The notes: generated from the sequence alone by a model not told the origin. A DNA stretch of 64,000 bases from an uncultured Verrucomicrobiota bacterium (GCA_964555645.1 CAZKTA010000007.1:66991-130990); one strand, 5' to 3'; numbered from the stretch's first letter, positions 19,262-28,954 are shown. Translations and numbers: made by a program.

Positions 19262-19656
19262 TTAACAGTCGCTTCGCGTACGATCCTACCGATGCCGCGG
19301 GCGCTTGCGGCGGACCACTCGAGCCTGAGCCGATTGCCAGTGCGCGTAAGTACAAACTTGCCCCGCGGCAGGTTAGCCGCTGCGCGAGCTGAAACTTTGT
19401 ATTCGTGTGTCCCTTCCGAATACGCCTGCCATTCGCCTGAAACCAGGGTTTCCATCTCACCGTCCACAATTTCCATCGCAACAGCCCGATAATACCCAGC
19501 GCGCAACAGATGCGCGTCTTTGACAAACCCGATGCTAAGAGGTACGAGCACCGCTACAACTATCCCCATTGCAACAACAAGCTCGGCGATCAACATGCTG
19601 CCGGCTGCGCGGTGTCTGCCCGCAACCGTTCGAGTTTGAGTTTTGATACCTACCAT
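19258..19656 (-). CDS. Pilin/pseudopilin-like protein with non-canonical class III signal
   Basis: 132 aa from MVGIKTQ. The N-terminus ..HRAAGSMLIAELVVAMGIVVAVLV places Glu either at +6 relative to Gly or at +5 relative to Ser. The start overlaps the upstream stop by 7 nt (ATGGTAG). Confidence 0.5.
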   Translation of the reverse strand: MVGIKTQTRTVAGRHRAAGSMLIAELVVAMGIVVAVLVPLSIGFVKDAHLLRAGYYRAVAMEIVDGEMETLVSGEWQAYSEGTHEYKVSARAAANLPRGKFVLTRTGNRLRLEWSAASARGIGRIVREATVK

Positions 19657-20849
19657 TGCACAGCCAAGTTTGTGATTGCTATCAGGCCGCTGAAAACGGC
19701 ACACACAATCGTTGCAACCATCAGGCCGTTGGCCAAAACAAGTGCAGTTGTAACAACGTGTGCAAAAGTTTGCTCGAGTTGAAACGCTTTTGCATCAAGT
19801 GCGTCGTGCCACCCTGTCAGTGCCTGCAAAAACCCGCCCCGGCCATATGTTGCATTTGCGAGGCGCCAACGGAACTCACCCGAGTCATCCAGAGCCTGCA
19901 CAGCTTCGGTAAGCTTGACCCCGCGCTGAATGGCTTCGGCAACTTTCGCGGCGCGTCGTTGGACCACGGCGTTCGCAGTGCAATCGGCTGCCAACTGCAC
20001 AGCCTCGGTTTCAGGCACACCGGCATCGAGCAATACGCTCAGCATGGCGGAAAATGTCCGTTGCATCCGTTTACGCTTCCATGGCACAGCCCACGCAATC
20101 TTGTCCGGCAGCGAACCGAACACCGCTTGGAGCGCGCTCACTACATACGGCCCGCCGATGTAAAAGAACGCAGCCAACAACAGCGCAACAAACAGACACA
20201 CCTGCGCCACAATTAACAGTGTGAAATTTTCGCGAACAAATTCCCAAAGCACCGGAACCGTGTCACTTGCGTAGCCGAGCACGCCCTCATAAAGCTCGTC
20301 CATGCGCGGCAAGATGTATATGGCCAGCACAGTTGAAATCACCACGTTAACCGGCGTCAGTGCAAACGCCAAAACAATCATGTAGTTCATTGCGCCGCGT
20401 GTTTGTGAAATTGCATCTTGTAGAAGCTGTCTGCATGCAGGCAACACTTTGCCAACGTCACCGATGCGTTGGCCGGCACGCAGCATTGCAACAATTTGTG
20501 CCGGTAGCAGGCGCGGCACTTTCGCAAGCGCGTCACTCAACGTGAGCCCTCTTTCGAGCCATGCAGCCAACAGATGGAATCGCGCGCCTAATGCGTAATC
20601 GCCGCTGGCCGCGGCCGAGACGATTGTTTCCTCGATACGTCTGCCCTGCTTAAGCCCGGTCTCGACAATGTCCATGAAAAACAACCCGCGCTCAGTCCGC
20701 CGCATCGGCAGAGCAAGGAAATAATGAATCGCAAGAATGGTGCCTGCCAGCATGCCGAGCCTCAACACAATGACTGCTACGGCAACCAATAGGTGAATGA
20801 AGTCTGGCGGGCAGGAATTCATTTTTTGTCCGTCACAGTTTGTCTGCAC
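19650..20849 (-). CDS. GspF/PilC-family platform protein paralogue 2 (extra N-terminal TM)
   Basis: 399 aa with two T2SS-F-like repeats (..IVAMLRAGQRIGDVGKVL.. and ..MLSVLLDAGVPETEAVQLAADCT..VAEAIQRGVKLTEAV), each followed by TM segments, plus an added N-terminal TM. An alternative start is at 20822. Confidence 0.65.
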   Translation of the reverse strand: MQTNCDGQKMNSCPPDFIHLLVAVAVIVLRLGMLAGTILAIHYFLALPMRRTERGLFFMDIVETGLKQGRRIEETIVSAAASGDYALGARFHLLAAWLERGLTLSDALAKVPRLLPAQIVAMLRAGQRIGDVGKVLPACRQLLQDAISQTRGAMNYMIVLAFALTPVNVVISTVLAIYILPRMDELYEGVLGYASDTVPVLWEFVRENFTLLIVAQVCLFVALLLAAFFYIGGPYVVSALQAVFGSLPDKIAWAVPWKRKRMQRTFSAMLSVLLDAGVPETEAVQLAADCTANAVVQRRAAKVAEAIQRGVKLTEAVQALDDSGEFRWRLANATYGRGGFLQALTGWHDALDAKAFQLEQTFAHVVTTALVLANGLMVATIVCAVFSGLIAITNLAVQW

Positions 20850-21825
20850 CTAACATTTGCAACAAGTGAACCAAACCCGAGAACATTGGCTGGATTTGCA
20901 TCAGGATCACCAGCCCGAGCAGCATTACCGAGCAGGGCAGCGCCGAGTAAAGGAGTAGCTCTCTGCGGTAAGCCGCGCGTGCGCGGTACAGCTCGGCTGC
21001 GCGCGCGAACCCGGCAGCGAGATCTTCACCGCCATGCGCGACAAGCCAGATGAACAGCGGCGGAAAAGCGCGTCCTGGGCGGGCGAACTCTGTGAACTTC
21101 CCATGGCCGGCTGCAAGCCGGGTGCGCCATTGTGCGAGCTCCAAGCCGGCGATGGCGCCGCGCTCGAGTTGCTCGGCCAGTGATAAGGCTTTCTCTAACG
21201 TCACCCCGCCCCGAAGCATCAGCGTCATTGCAGACGCAGCTTGCGAAAGGGCGGATTCTTTGAATGCTGGTAGGCGCCAGCGTAATGCGCGTCGTATGGC
21301 CGGAACGCTCGCCGCCACAATCGCCACTAGGACTGCCAAGCCCAACAGGACAGGTGCAATCCAAAGATGAAGGATCGACAGCGTGAAGGAATAACTCCGC
21401 CCTACAAACTCTACAAAAAAACTCGGCCAGAACCAGTGCGTGAGCACGAAGCTAAGCAAACACGAGAGCCCAAACGAGCCTACCAGAACAATCATTGGGT
21501 AAACCATCAATCCTTTGAGCCGGGTCAGGAGCGTGTGGCAGTGCCGGTAATAGTCGGCCAGCAGTGTTAATACGCCTGGCAAGTTATTGCTTTGCGCGCC
21601 CACCTCGAGCATTGCCACGTAAAACTGGGGCAAACGCCGTGCCCGCAATGCCTCCTGTAACGGCGTGCCTTTAGCGAGGTCAGCCTCAAGTTGTTGCAAC
21701 TCGTCCCGGAGTTGCCCGGCGCGCATGCCGGCGACCAACTGCCGCAGCGCACCTTCAAGCGGTATGCCATCGCGCAGCATCGCCGCAAGTTGCTGATTGA
21801 AAAATGCAAATTCGTCCAGGTTCAT
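20833..21825 (-). CDS. GspF/PilC-family platform protein paralogue 1
   Basis: 330 aa. FFNQQLAAMLRDGIPLEGAL, LPQFYVAMLEVGAQSNNLPGVL, and a second repeat LMLRGGVTLEKALSLA..FIWLVAHGGEDLAAGF. Canonical 3-TM layout. ATGA overlap with the ATPase stop. Confidence 0.8.
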   Translation of the reverse strand: MNLDEFAFFNQQLAAMLRDGIPLEGALRQLVAGMRAGQLRDELQQLEADLAKGTPLQEALRARRLPQFYVAMLEVGAQSNNLPGVLTLLADYYRHCHTLLTRLKGLMVYPMIVLVGSFGLSCLLSFVLTHWFWPSFFVEFVGRSYSFTLSILHLWIAPVLLGLAVLVAIVAASVPAIRRALRWRLPAFKESALSQAASAMTLMLRGGVTLEKALSLAEQLERGAIAGLELAQWRTRLAAGHGKFTEFARPGRAFPPLFIWLVAHGGEDLAAGFARAAELYRARAAYRRELLLYSALPCSVMLLGLVILMQIQPMFSGLVHLLQMLGADKL

Positions 21826-22931
21826 AGACCGAGTACGCGTTTGTATTCCTTTTCATCTGACACACCTTGGACCATGAGCTCACGCGCTGAAGTTTCCAAG
21901 GATTTCTTGGGTACAACACCCCGTACGTTGCCCCGGCGGATCTGCGTGCGCATGGCATCGTCCAGTCGCACCCATTCCACCAATGGCACGCGCCCGCGGT
22001 AACCCGTGCCGAGGCAGGTTGTGCAGCCTGCACCGCCGCACCCAATGCATAAGCGCCGCATCAGGCGTTGGTTGATGATCATGTCCAACGCGGACGCAAC
22101 GGCGGAATGATCCGTGCACATTGCAAGGAGCCGATCACACACGCCGCGACACGAGCCCGCGTGTAATGTGGAGATGACCAGGTGCCCCGTTAACGCAGCG
22201 CGCACGGCAACGTTTGCAGTTTCATCATCCCGAATCTCGCCTATGACAATGACCTGCGGGTCTTGCCGTAGCAGATGCCGCGCTGCTTTGGCGTAGTCGA
22301 GGCCGGTTGCTTCGTTGATCTCGGTCTGCATGATCCCGGGGATGATCTGCTCGACCGGGTCCTCGATTGTGATAACATGTCGCTGGCCGGCTTTGGCTAT
22401 GTGGTGGAGGCATGCGTAAATTGTGGTTGTTTTACCGCTGCCAGCCGGCCCGGTCAGAAGCAGTAACCCCGCTGGCCGGCGCAGAAACGTTTCAAGCTCG
22501 ACGCGTGCTGAGTCCGGAAAGTCGAGTTCGGCTAACCCCCTGACAGGCGCAGGGTCGAACAGGCGTAAGACGATTTTCTCGCCGGTCACCGTAGGATATG
22601 TGGCGACGCGAATATCGTTTTTGGCTTTCACAGCTTGGCGCTCGATGCGGCCGTCTTGAGGCAACGATTCCTGGTAGGTCTTGAGCCGCGCAAGGTACTT
22701 GATCCGACCAAAGACGCGCTCGGCGACGCCGGCAGGCAGGGTTGTCACAGGGCTCATTACACCGTCCAATCTGAAGCTGACTTCAGCGGTGCTACCGCGC
22801 ATTTGCAGGTGGATATCACTTGCACCGGCCGACTCAGCACGCCGGATCAACTGCTCGAGTATTGTCGGTGCGTCTTGGCGAGCCTCGGCAGATTTATTTG
22901 TGTGGGCGGCCTGTTCCATGAACTCGCACAC
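21822..22931 (-). CDS. GspE/PilB-type secretion ATPase, short form lacking N-terminal domains
   Basis: 369 aa. Walker A LTGPAGSGKTTT, Asp box VITIEDPVE, Walker B VIVIGEIRD, His box LTGHLVISTLHA, tetracysteine CIGCGGAGCTTCLGTGYRGR. Confidence 0.9.
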   Translation of the reverse strand: MCEFMEQAAHTNKSAEARQDAPTILEQLIRRAESAGASDIHLQMRGSTAEVSFRLDGVMSPVTTLPAGVAERVFGRIKYLARLKTYQESLPQDGRIERQAVKAKNDIRVATYPTVTGEKIVLRLFDPAPVRGLAELDFPDSARVELETFLRRPAGLLLLTGPAGSGKTTTIYACLHHIAKAGQRHVITIEDPVEQIIPGIMQTEINEATGLDYAKAARHLLRQDPQVIVIGEIRDDETANVAVRAALTGHLVISTLHAGSCRGVCDRLLAMCTDHSAVASALDMIINQRLMRRLCIGCGGAGCTTCLGTGYRGRVPLVEWVRLDDAMRTQIRRGNVRGVVPKKSLETSARELMVQGVSDEKEYKRVLGL

Positions 22932-23089
22932 TACACATTTGCATTAGAGTGCCGCCAAGCTTATAGCCTGTCAATTGTTATTCCCTGTGATAGTTACTGG
23001 TACACCCGGGATCGCCCCGATTAAAGATTCCCCACCTGACTTGCTCTGGCCGAACATGACTGTTTACACTCCGGCTGCCGCTGTCGGTT

Positions 23090-24727
23090 ATGACAGGACG
23101 CGTTCAATGCTTTAGGGTGTGGTTACCCGGGTTTTTACGCCGGCACTGGAGCCGTGTCGTATTTGTGGTTGTACTTACACTAGTTGCAGGGGTGCGGCTC
23201 AGGTTGTTGGATCTGCCACTCGAACGCGACGAAGGCGAGTACGCATACGTAGGCCAACTCTTGTTGGAGGGTGTACCGCCGTACAAGCTGGCCTACAATA
23301 TGAAATTCCCAGGCACATACGTTGCCTATGCGTTCATCATGCTTGTGTTCGGCCAGACACCGGCCGGGATTCATCTGGGACTGATGTGCGTGACAACACT
23401 CACTGCTCTGATGCTTTACCGGGTTGGCTGCCGCATGCTGGACGAGACTGCTGGTTTCGTTGCCGCAACAGCTTATGCGCTATTGGCGGCCTCACCGGCA
23501 CTGCTCGGGTTGGCTGGGCACGCAACGCATTTTGCCGCGCTGTTTGTGGCCGCTGGACTGTTGATCTTGTGGCGCGCTGATCAACGGTTGAATTTGTGGC
23601 GGGTTGCTGTAGGCGGGCTCATGTTCGGTTTTGCTACGTTGATGAAACAGCACGCGGCGTTGTTTTGTCTTTGGGGACTTTGGATTGTAGCAGCAGCAAG
23701 TCGGCGACTTGAAGTTCAGTGGACCGGTAGGGGCCGGCTTTTGTTGTTGTTTTGCGCCGGTGTACTTACGCCACTGTTTGTATGTTGTGTTGCGCTGTGG
23801 TGGTCGGGTGTGCTGGAGCAGTTCGTGTTCTGGGCCTTAAATTACGCATCGGCGTATGTCAGATTGGTACCACTGCACAAGGCGTCGCAACAGATTCTTG
23901 AAGCTTTGGGGAAAGTGGGTGAGCGAGACCAGTTGGTGTGGTTGACGGTGTTAATCGGGCTGGGCTTCGTTTTTGCAGACGATAGACTGCACAAATATAG
24001 GGTGCAGTTGCTTGCGTTTTTCTTGGTATCGCTTCTAACGACAGTACCGGGGTTTTATTTCCGCCGACACTATTTCATTTTGATGTTGCCGGCAGCCGGG
24101 TTGTTGGCTGGGTGCGGCGTGAGTGCAGCCCGCGCACTTTTTGAGTCCGATAAACTTAAGGCCAATGGTGCCTTGCCTGTACTTGCGTATCTTGGTGTTA
24201 TAACGGTCAATTTCATCCAGAACAGTGACATCTGGCTTAAAGCAACTCCACGACAGGCTACAGTTGCGATGTACTTCGGTAACCCGTTTGCAGAGTCGCA
24301 AGTGATTGCGGACTACATCCGGACAAATTCGGCGCCGGACGCCAAGGTAGCTATCCTCGGCTCAGAACCACAGATTTTCTTCCTTTCAAAGCGGCGGTCA
24401 GCAACAGGTTATATCTACACTTACCCGTTAATGGAACCGCACCCGTATGCCGGGTGGATGCACAAACAAATGATTCAGGAAATTGAATCTGCAAAGCCTG
24501 AATTTGTTCTTTTCGTGTTGATACCAGGATCGTGGCTGGCCGGGCCTGAATCGGGCACTCGAATTATTGAATGGTGGGCAAATTCGTACCGGACAAACTA
24601 TATGCTGGCCGGGGTGGCAGTAATGAAACCGCCACACGACACGCAGTTTTTATGGGGCCAAGCCGCCGTCGAGTTTGGTGAACAGCCACGTTTAGGCATA
24701 TTGATTTATCGTAGAAACGCGCACTGA
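23090..24727 (+). CDS. Polytopic membrane glycosyltransferase-like protein (ArnT/PMT, GT39/GT83-like)
   Basis: 545 aa. About 10 or more TM segments followed by a soluble C-terminal domain. An early loop ERDEGEYAYVGQLLLEGVPPY resembles the ArnT-family first periplasmic loop. Confidence 0.6.
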   Translation: MTGRVQCFRVWLPGFLRRHWSRVVFVVVLTLVAGVRLRLLDLPLERDEGEYAYVGQLLLEGVPPYKLAYNMKFPGTYVAYAFIMLVFGQTPAGIHLGLMCVTTLTALMLYRVGCRMLDETAGFVAATAYALLAASPALLGLAGHATHFAALFVAAGLLILWRADQRLNLWRVAVGGLMFGFATLMKQHAALFCLWGLWIVAAASRRLEVQWTGRGRLLLLFCAGVLTPLFVCCVALWWSGVLEQFVFWALNYASAYVRLVPLHKASQQILEALGKVGERDQLVWLTVLIGLGFVFADDRLHKYRVQLLAFFLVSLLTTVPGFYFRRHYFILMLPAAGLLAGCGVSAARALFESDKLKANGALPVLAYLGVITVNFIQNSDIWLKATPRQATVAMYFGNPFAESQVIADYIRTNSAPDAKVAILGSEPQIFFLSKRRSATGYIYTYPLMEPHPYAGWMHKQMIQEIESAKPEFVLFVLIPGSWLAGPESGTRIIEWWANSYRTNYMLAGVAVMKPPHDTQFLWGQAAVEFGEQPRLGILIYRRNAH

Positions 24728-25060
24728 CCAAGGTGCACTGTTCTTTGACGCGGCAACTGCCTGAGCACGGTGCTCATTCGTTCCCTTGCTTGCTCGGACT
24801 TAATTTTGGGGTTAAATATTGTAGGTGACTCAGACCAAGCCAGTTCGCCCGATTGCAGTTACACGGCAACCGCCGGTCACCGCCAAGTTCGGCTGCTCGG
24901 ACCGCAGCGGCGCCGTTGTTGAAATTGCGTTCAAACAAAACACCGCGTTCATTGGTTCAGTTGCGCTGGATCGACCTGCCCACCGGCGCTGGCTAAGACT
25001 GACAAGTGGCATGCCAGCCTGTGCGCCAAAAAACATCGTAAGCTACTAACACACCTCAAA

Positions 25061-25918
25061 ATGAATCCGTACCATAGTTTTGTGTCGCGATTTGCACAGC
25101 TTTTGCACGAGTGCAAAAGTTATTCACTCGGCGAGTTTGAGAACCCTGGCCGACCTGAGGTTTCCTCAGATGCGCCTCGTGTATTGCTTTTCTCGCCGCA
25201 TCCAGACGATGAATGCGTTTCAGGTGTACTGCCGTTGCGGCTGTTACGCGAGGCAGGTATGAACGTGTTGAATGTGGCTGTGACACTTGGCGGTCGAAAG
25301 GAACGGCGCGCTGCACGGCTCCAAGAATTAAGAAATGCATGCGAGTACCTCGGGTTTGGGCTTATCCTAACCGGACCAGAAGGCCTCGAACGCATTGCCC
25401 CCGAAACACGGCTTCAAGACGCAGCATACTGGCGCAGCTGCGTCGAAACAATAGCCAAGATTTTAGCGTTATACCAACCGGGTGTGATTTTCCTGCCGCA
25501 TGCACATGATTGGCATCCGACGCATATCGGCACGCATTTGCTTGTGATGGATGCGCTTAACCTGCAACTGACACGGTTCAGTTGCTATTTCGTGGAGACC
25601 GAGTACTGGTGTACGATGCCAACACCAAATCTTCTTGTCGAAGCCAACGAAGACCATGTCGGCGACCTTGTAACAGCGTTGTCGTTCCACAAGGGTGAAA
25701 TTGCGCGAAACCCTTACCATGTAAGCCTGCCTGCGTTGCTGCATGACAATGTGCGGCGCGGCGCTGAACTTGTCGGTGGGCGCGGCGCCGCAGCGCCGAA
25801 CTATCTATTTGGCGGCGTGTACCGGTTACGGAAATGGACACAAAACCAGCTCACCGACGTGTTGGCTCAGGGTAAGTTCGTTCCGCGCGAAGCTAATCTG
25901 AGCATATTGTTCACCTGA
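25061..25918 (+). CDS. PIG-L/LmbE-family N-acetylglucosaminyl deacetylase
   Basis: 285 aa. VLLFSPHPDDE motif and a later HxxH-type site (HAHDWHPTH). Confidence 0.75.
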   Translation: MNPYHSFVSRFAQLLHECKSYSLGEFENPGRPEVSSDAPRVLLFSPHPDDECVSGVLPLRLLREAGMNVLNVAVTLGGRKERRAARLQELRNACEYLGFGLILTGPEGLERIAPETRLQDAAYWRSCVETIAKILALYQPGVIFLPHAHDWHPTHIGTHLLVMDALNLQLTRFSCYFVETEYWCTMPTPNLLVEANEDHVGDLVTALSFHKGEIARNPYHVSLPALLHDNVRRGAELVGGRGAAAPNYLFGGVYRLRKWTQNQLTDVLAQGKFVPREANLSILFT

Positions 25919-26171
25919 TCGGCTTGTGGGCAAAAGTTCAAACGCTGGCGTACCGCTGGTGTGCACCCACCAATGTAAGCATATCCACTCAACCCACCAG
26001 CTCTGCCTTTGCAAATCTGTTCCCGGCCAATTAGACTTGGTGTGACAGATTGGCTTGAGCAGACCCAGGCCGCGCAAACTGTGTAGGCTGTGAAAAGCAA
26101 TTTATGCCTGCAACGCGAAAGCCGGCTGTTGAACGGGTGCAAGTGCGCAGGCCAAATAGCAGCGAAATATT

Positions 26172-27089
26172 ATGAACCTGTCGGTTCGAATAGGTAAATT
26201 GCAACTGCCGAATCCGGTGTTGGTTGCCTCCGGCACATTTGGCTACGGACTCGAGTACACCGGTCTTGTTGACCTCAACCAACTCGGTGCGGTGGTTGTT
26301 AAAGGGATTTGCTTGGAGGCTGTAAAGGGTAATCCACCACCGCGCACTGTCGAGGTCGCATCCGGTCTGGTGAATGCAATTGGTCTGCAAGGACCCGGCT
26401 TTGACGGTTTCATGGCAAAGTACTGGCCGTTCCTCAGCACGCTTAAAGTGCCGGTCATCATCAACATCTGGGGCAAAACAGTGGACGAATACGTCCAGAT
26501 CACACAGCGGTTTGATTCAGTGCAAGGCGTTGCTGCGTTGGAACTTAACGTTTCGTGTCCAAACATAAAAGCAGGCGGCGCGCAGTTCGGCACTGACATC
26601 AAGGCGCTTGCGCGTGTAGTTGCTGCGTGTCGGAAAGCCACACGGTTACCGCTAATAACCAAGCTAAGCCCAAATGTGGTCAACATTGCCCCATACGCAG
26701 CCGCTGCAGAAGAGGCAGGAAGCGATGCGCTTTCAATAATGAACAGTTACCCTGCAATGGCGATTGACGTTGAAACACGCCGGCCCAAGCTCGGCAATAT
26801 TACGGGTGGGTTAACCGGCCCGTGCATAAAACCGATCGCAGTAAAACTTGTCTGGGACGCCGCCGGGGCGGTAAAAATACCGATTATTGGTATCGGGGGT
26901 ATTCAAACTGCAACCGATGCACTCGAGTTCATCATGGCTGGCGCAACTGCAGTTGCAGTCGGCACGGCAAACTTTTACGAGCCTCAAACGGCTTTGCACG
27001 TGCTGGCTGGCATTCGGCAGTTTATGGACGAGCACGGCATCGAAGACATACAGGCGTTGGTTGGGAGCGCACGCGCTGCCACGAAATAA
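26172..27089 (+). CDS. pyrD: Dihydroorotate dehydrogenase, class 1 catalytic subunit
   Basis: 305 aa. NPVLVASGTFGYG, ELNVSCPN, GGLTGPCIKPIA, IIGIGGI. Confidence 0.9.
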   Translation: MNLSVRIGKLQLPNPVLVASGTFGYGLEYTGLVDLNQLGAVVVKGICLEAVKGNPPPRTVEVASGLVNAIGLQGPGFDGFMAKYWPFLSTLKVPVIINIWGKTVDEYVQITQRFDSVQGVAALELNVSCPNIKAGGAQFGTDIKALARVVAACRKATRLPLITKLSPNVVNIAPYAAAAEEAGSDALSIMNSYPAMAIDVETRRPKLGNITGGLTGPCIKPIAVKLVWDAAGAVKIPIIGIGGIQTATDALEFIMAGATAVAVGTANFYEPQTALHVLAGIRQFMDEHGIEDIQALVGSARAATK

Positions 27090-27266
27090 CTGGGACAAAA
27101 AACCGTTCGACCGAAGTTCAATTTACCAACGTGCCTGAGGCAGTTGCACCGGGTTATCACCCCAGGCGGCAGTCGTTGGGCAATGCACATGCCCCGTCTT
27201 GACCGGGTCATAAAAACCGCTTAAGCTAGCTGTTGATAAGCCCGAAAATGACAACCTGAATTAGCT

Positions 27267-27584
27267 ATGACTCTCACCAAGCGCGACCTTGTGATGCGGA
27301 TTAGTAGTGAGACTGGCCTCGACCAGCAGCAGGTTGCAACCGTGGTGCAGAAAACGCTGGACTGCATCACAGAAGCACTCGGCAAAGGCGACAAGGTCGA
27401 GTTACGCAACTTTGGCGTGTTTGAAGTGCGAATTCGCAAGGGTCGTATAGGTCGCAATCCAAGCGTGCCAACTGTTAACGTGCCAATACCGCAACGTGCC
27501 ATTGTCAAATTCAAAATGGGCAAAAAAATGGGCGACCAAGTCCTTAAGCTCACGCCAAAATTGGCTCCACCCCAGACAGCCTGA
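27267..27584 (+). CDS. HU/IHF-family DNA-binding protein
   Basis: 105 aa. VELRNFGVFEVRIRKGRIGRNPSVPTVNVPIPQRAIVKFKMGK (beta-arm motif). Confidence 0.85.
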   Translation: MTLTKRDLVMRISSETGLDQQQVATVVQKTLDCITEALGKGDKVELRNFGVFEVRIRKGRIGRNPSVPTVNVPIPQRAIVKFKMGKKMGDQVLKLTPKLAPPQTA

Positions 27585-27625
27585 ACGAAGCGCGCTCTGA
27601 TTTTTTTTGCACTGTGGTGACCTGG

Positions 27626-27668
27626 CCGCCTGTTGCGAAAACCGCATTTTGCCTTTCGCAACAGGCGG
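27626..27668. promoter_or_regulatory. Perfect 15-bp inverted repeat (stem-loop with 13-nt loop) 15 nt upstream of hisS
   Basis: CCGCCTGTTGCGAAA (27626-27640), loop ACCGCATTTTGCC, TTTCGCAACAGGCGG (27654-27668). A run of eight T (27601-27608) precedes the stem rather than following it. Confidence 0.5.
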
Positions 27669-27682
27669 TTGGCGGATAGTTT

Positions 27683-28954
27683 GTGCGCATGGAACGGTTG
27701 CCTGGGTTCCGCGATTTTTACCCTGAACCTGTGCCCGACCGCGAGGCCTGGAGTGCACAGGCACGGCAATATGTATTCGAGCGCTGGCGCACCACCGCGC
27801 GGCGATACGGGTTCGTCGAGTACGACGGGCCACCGCTAGAGTCGCTTGAGCTTTTTACGCTTAAAAGCGGGGATGAAATTGTCAAACAACTGTTCGACTT
27901 TGTTGACAAAGGCGATCGGGCAGTTGCATTGCGGCCTGAAATGACACCAACGCTCGCGCGAATGGTGGCGGCCCATCAGCGCAACTACAAAAAACCGCTC
28001 AAGTGGTTTTCGATCCCGCAACTGTTTCGTTACGAAAAACAGCAAAAGGGCAGATTGCGTGAGCACTTCCAGTTTAACGCAGACATAATTGGCGAGGCCG
28101 ACCCCGCGGCCGATGCAGAATTGATAGCGCTGTTGATTGATACCCTGCGCGGGTTCGGGCTAGCTGAACATGACTTTGTGGTGCGTCTCAGCAGTCGAAA
28201 GGTGTGGGATGAATTTTTGGAAACAAAAAAAAACAAGCTCTCTCTCCAGACCAACCAAGTTGATGCGTTTTACCAAACAATAGACAAGCTCGGGCGCGAC
28301 AGCGCCGCAGAAAGCCAAGCCAAGCTGGCTGCACTCGGGCTGAGCCTCGACGAAGTAAACGCGTTTATACAAACCGCCCAGCCTAACCGGGAATTGCAGA
28401 GTATTCTTGATAACCTGGCTGCACGCGGACTAGCTGCTTACGTGCAAATTGATTATCGAATCGTGCGCGGCCTGGCTTATTACACAGGGCCAGTCTATGA
28501 AGCGTTTGACCGCAAGGGTGAATTTCGTGCAATTGCGGGGGGTGGCCGGTACGATAACTTGATCAAGCTTGTCAGTAAAGGCAAAGTTGACCTGCCTGCG
28601 CTCGGGTTTGGGATGGGCGACGTGGTGCTTATGGAGCTGTTGAAAGCGCGTGGGTTACTGCCAAGGTTCGACCCTAGCCTGGATGCGTTCTGTGTCATCG
28701 AAGACGAATCGCTCCGGCAAGAATCGCTAAAGCTCGTACAACGCCTGCGCGACGCTGGGCTTGCGGTGGATTACGCACTCGGTGCCACGAAGCCCGACAA
28801 ACAGTTCAAGCGTGCTGCTGAACTCGGCGCAAGGTGCACAGTCAAACTTGAGCGCACTGCGGAGGGGTTAACTGTGCGCTTGCGTAACCTTGCCTCACGC
28901 ACAGAAAAGACCGCGCCGGTTGAGCAGGTTGAAACCCTTATAAAAAGCTACTGA
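27683..28954 (+). CDS. hisS: Histidine--tRNA ligase
   Basis: 423 aa. LPGFRDFYPE, class II motifs (ALRPEMTPTLARM, FRYEKQQKGRLREHFQ, GGGRYDNL) and a C-terminal anticodon-binding domain. Confidence 0.9.
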   Translation: MRMERLPGFRDFYPEPVPDREAWSAQARQYVFERWRTTARRYGFVEYDGPPLESLELFTLKSGDEIVKQLFDFVDKGDRAVALRPEMTPTLARMVAAHQRNYKKPLKWFSIPQLFRYEKQQKGRLREHFQFNADIIGEADPAADAELIALLIDTLRGFGLAEHDFVVRLSSRKVWDEFLETKKNKLSLQTNQVDAFYQTIDKLGRDSAAESQAKLAALGLSLDEVNAFIQTAQPNRELQSILDNLAARGLAAYVQIDYRIVRGLAYYTGPVYEAFDRKGEFRAIAGGGRYDNLIKLVSKGKVDLPALGFGMGDVVLMELLKARGLLPRFDPSLDAFCVIEDESLRQESLKLVQRLRDAGLAVDYALGATKPDKQFKRAAELGARCTVKLERTAEGLTVRLRNLASRTEKTAPVEQVETLIKSY

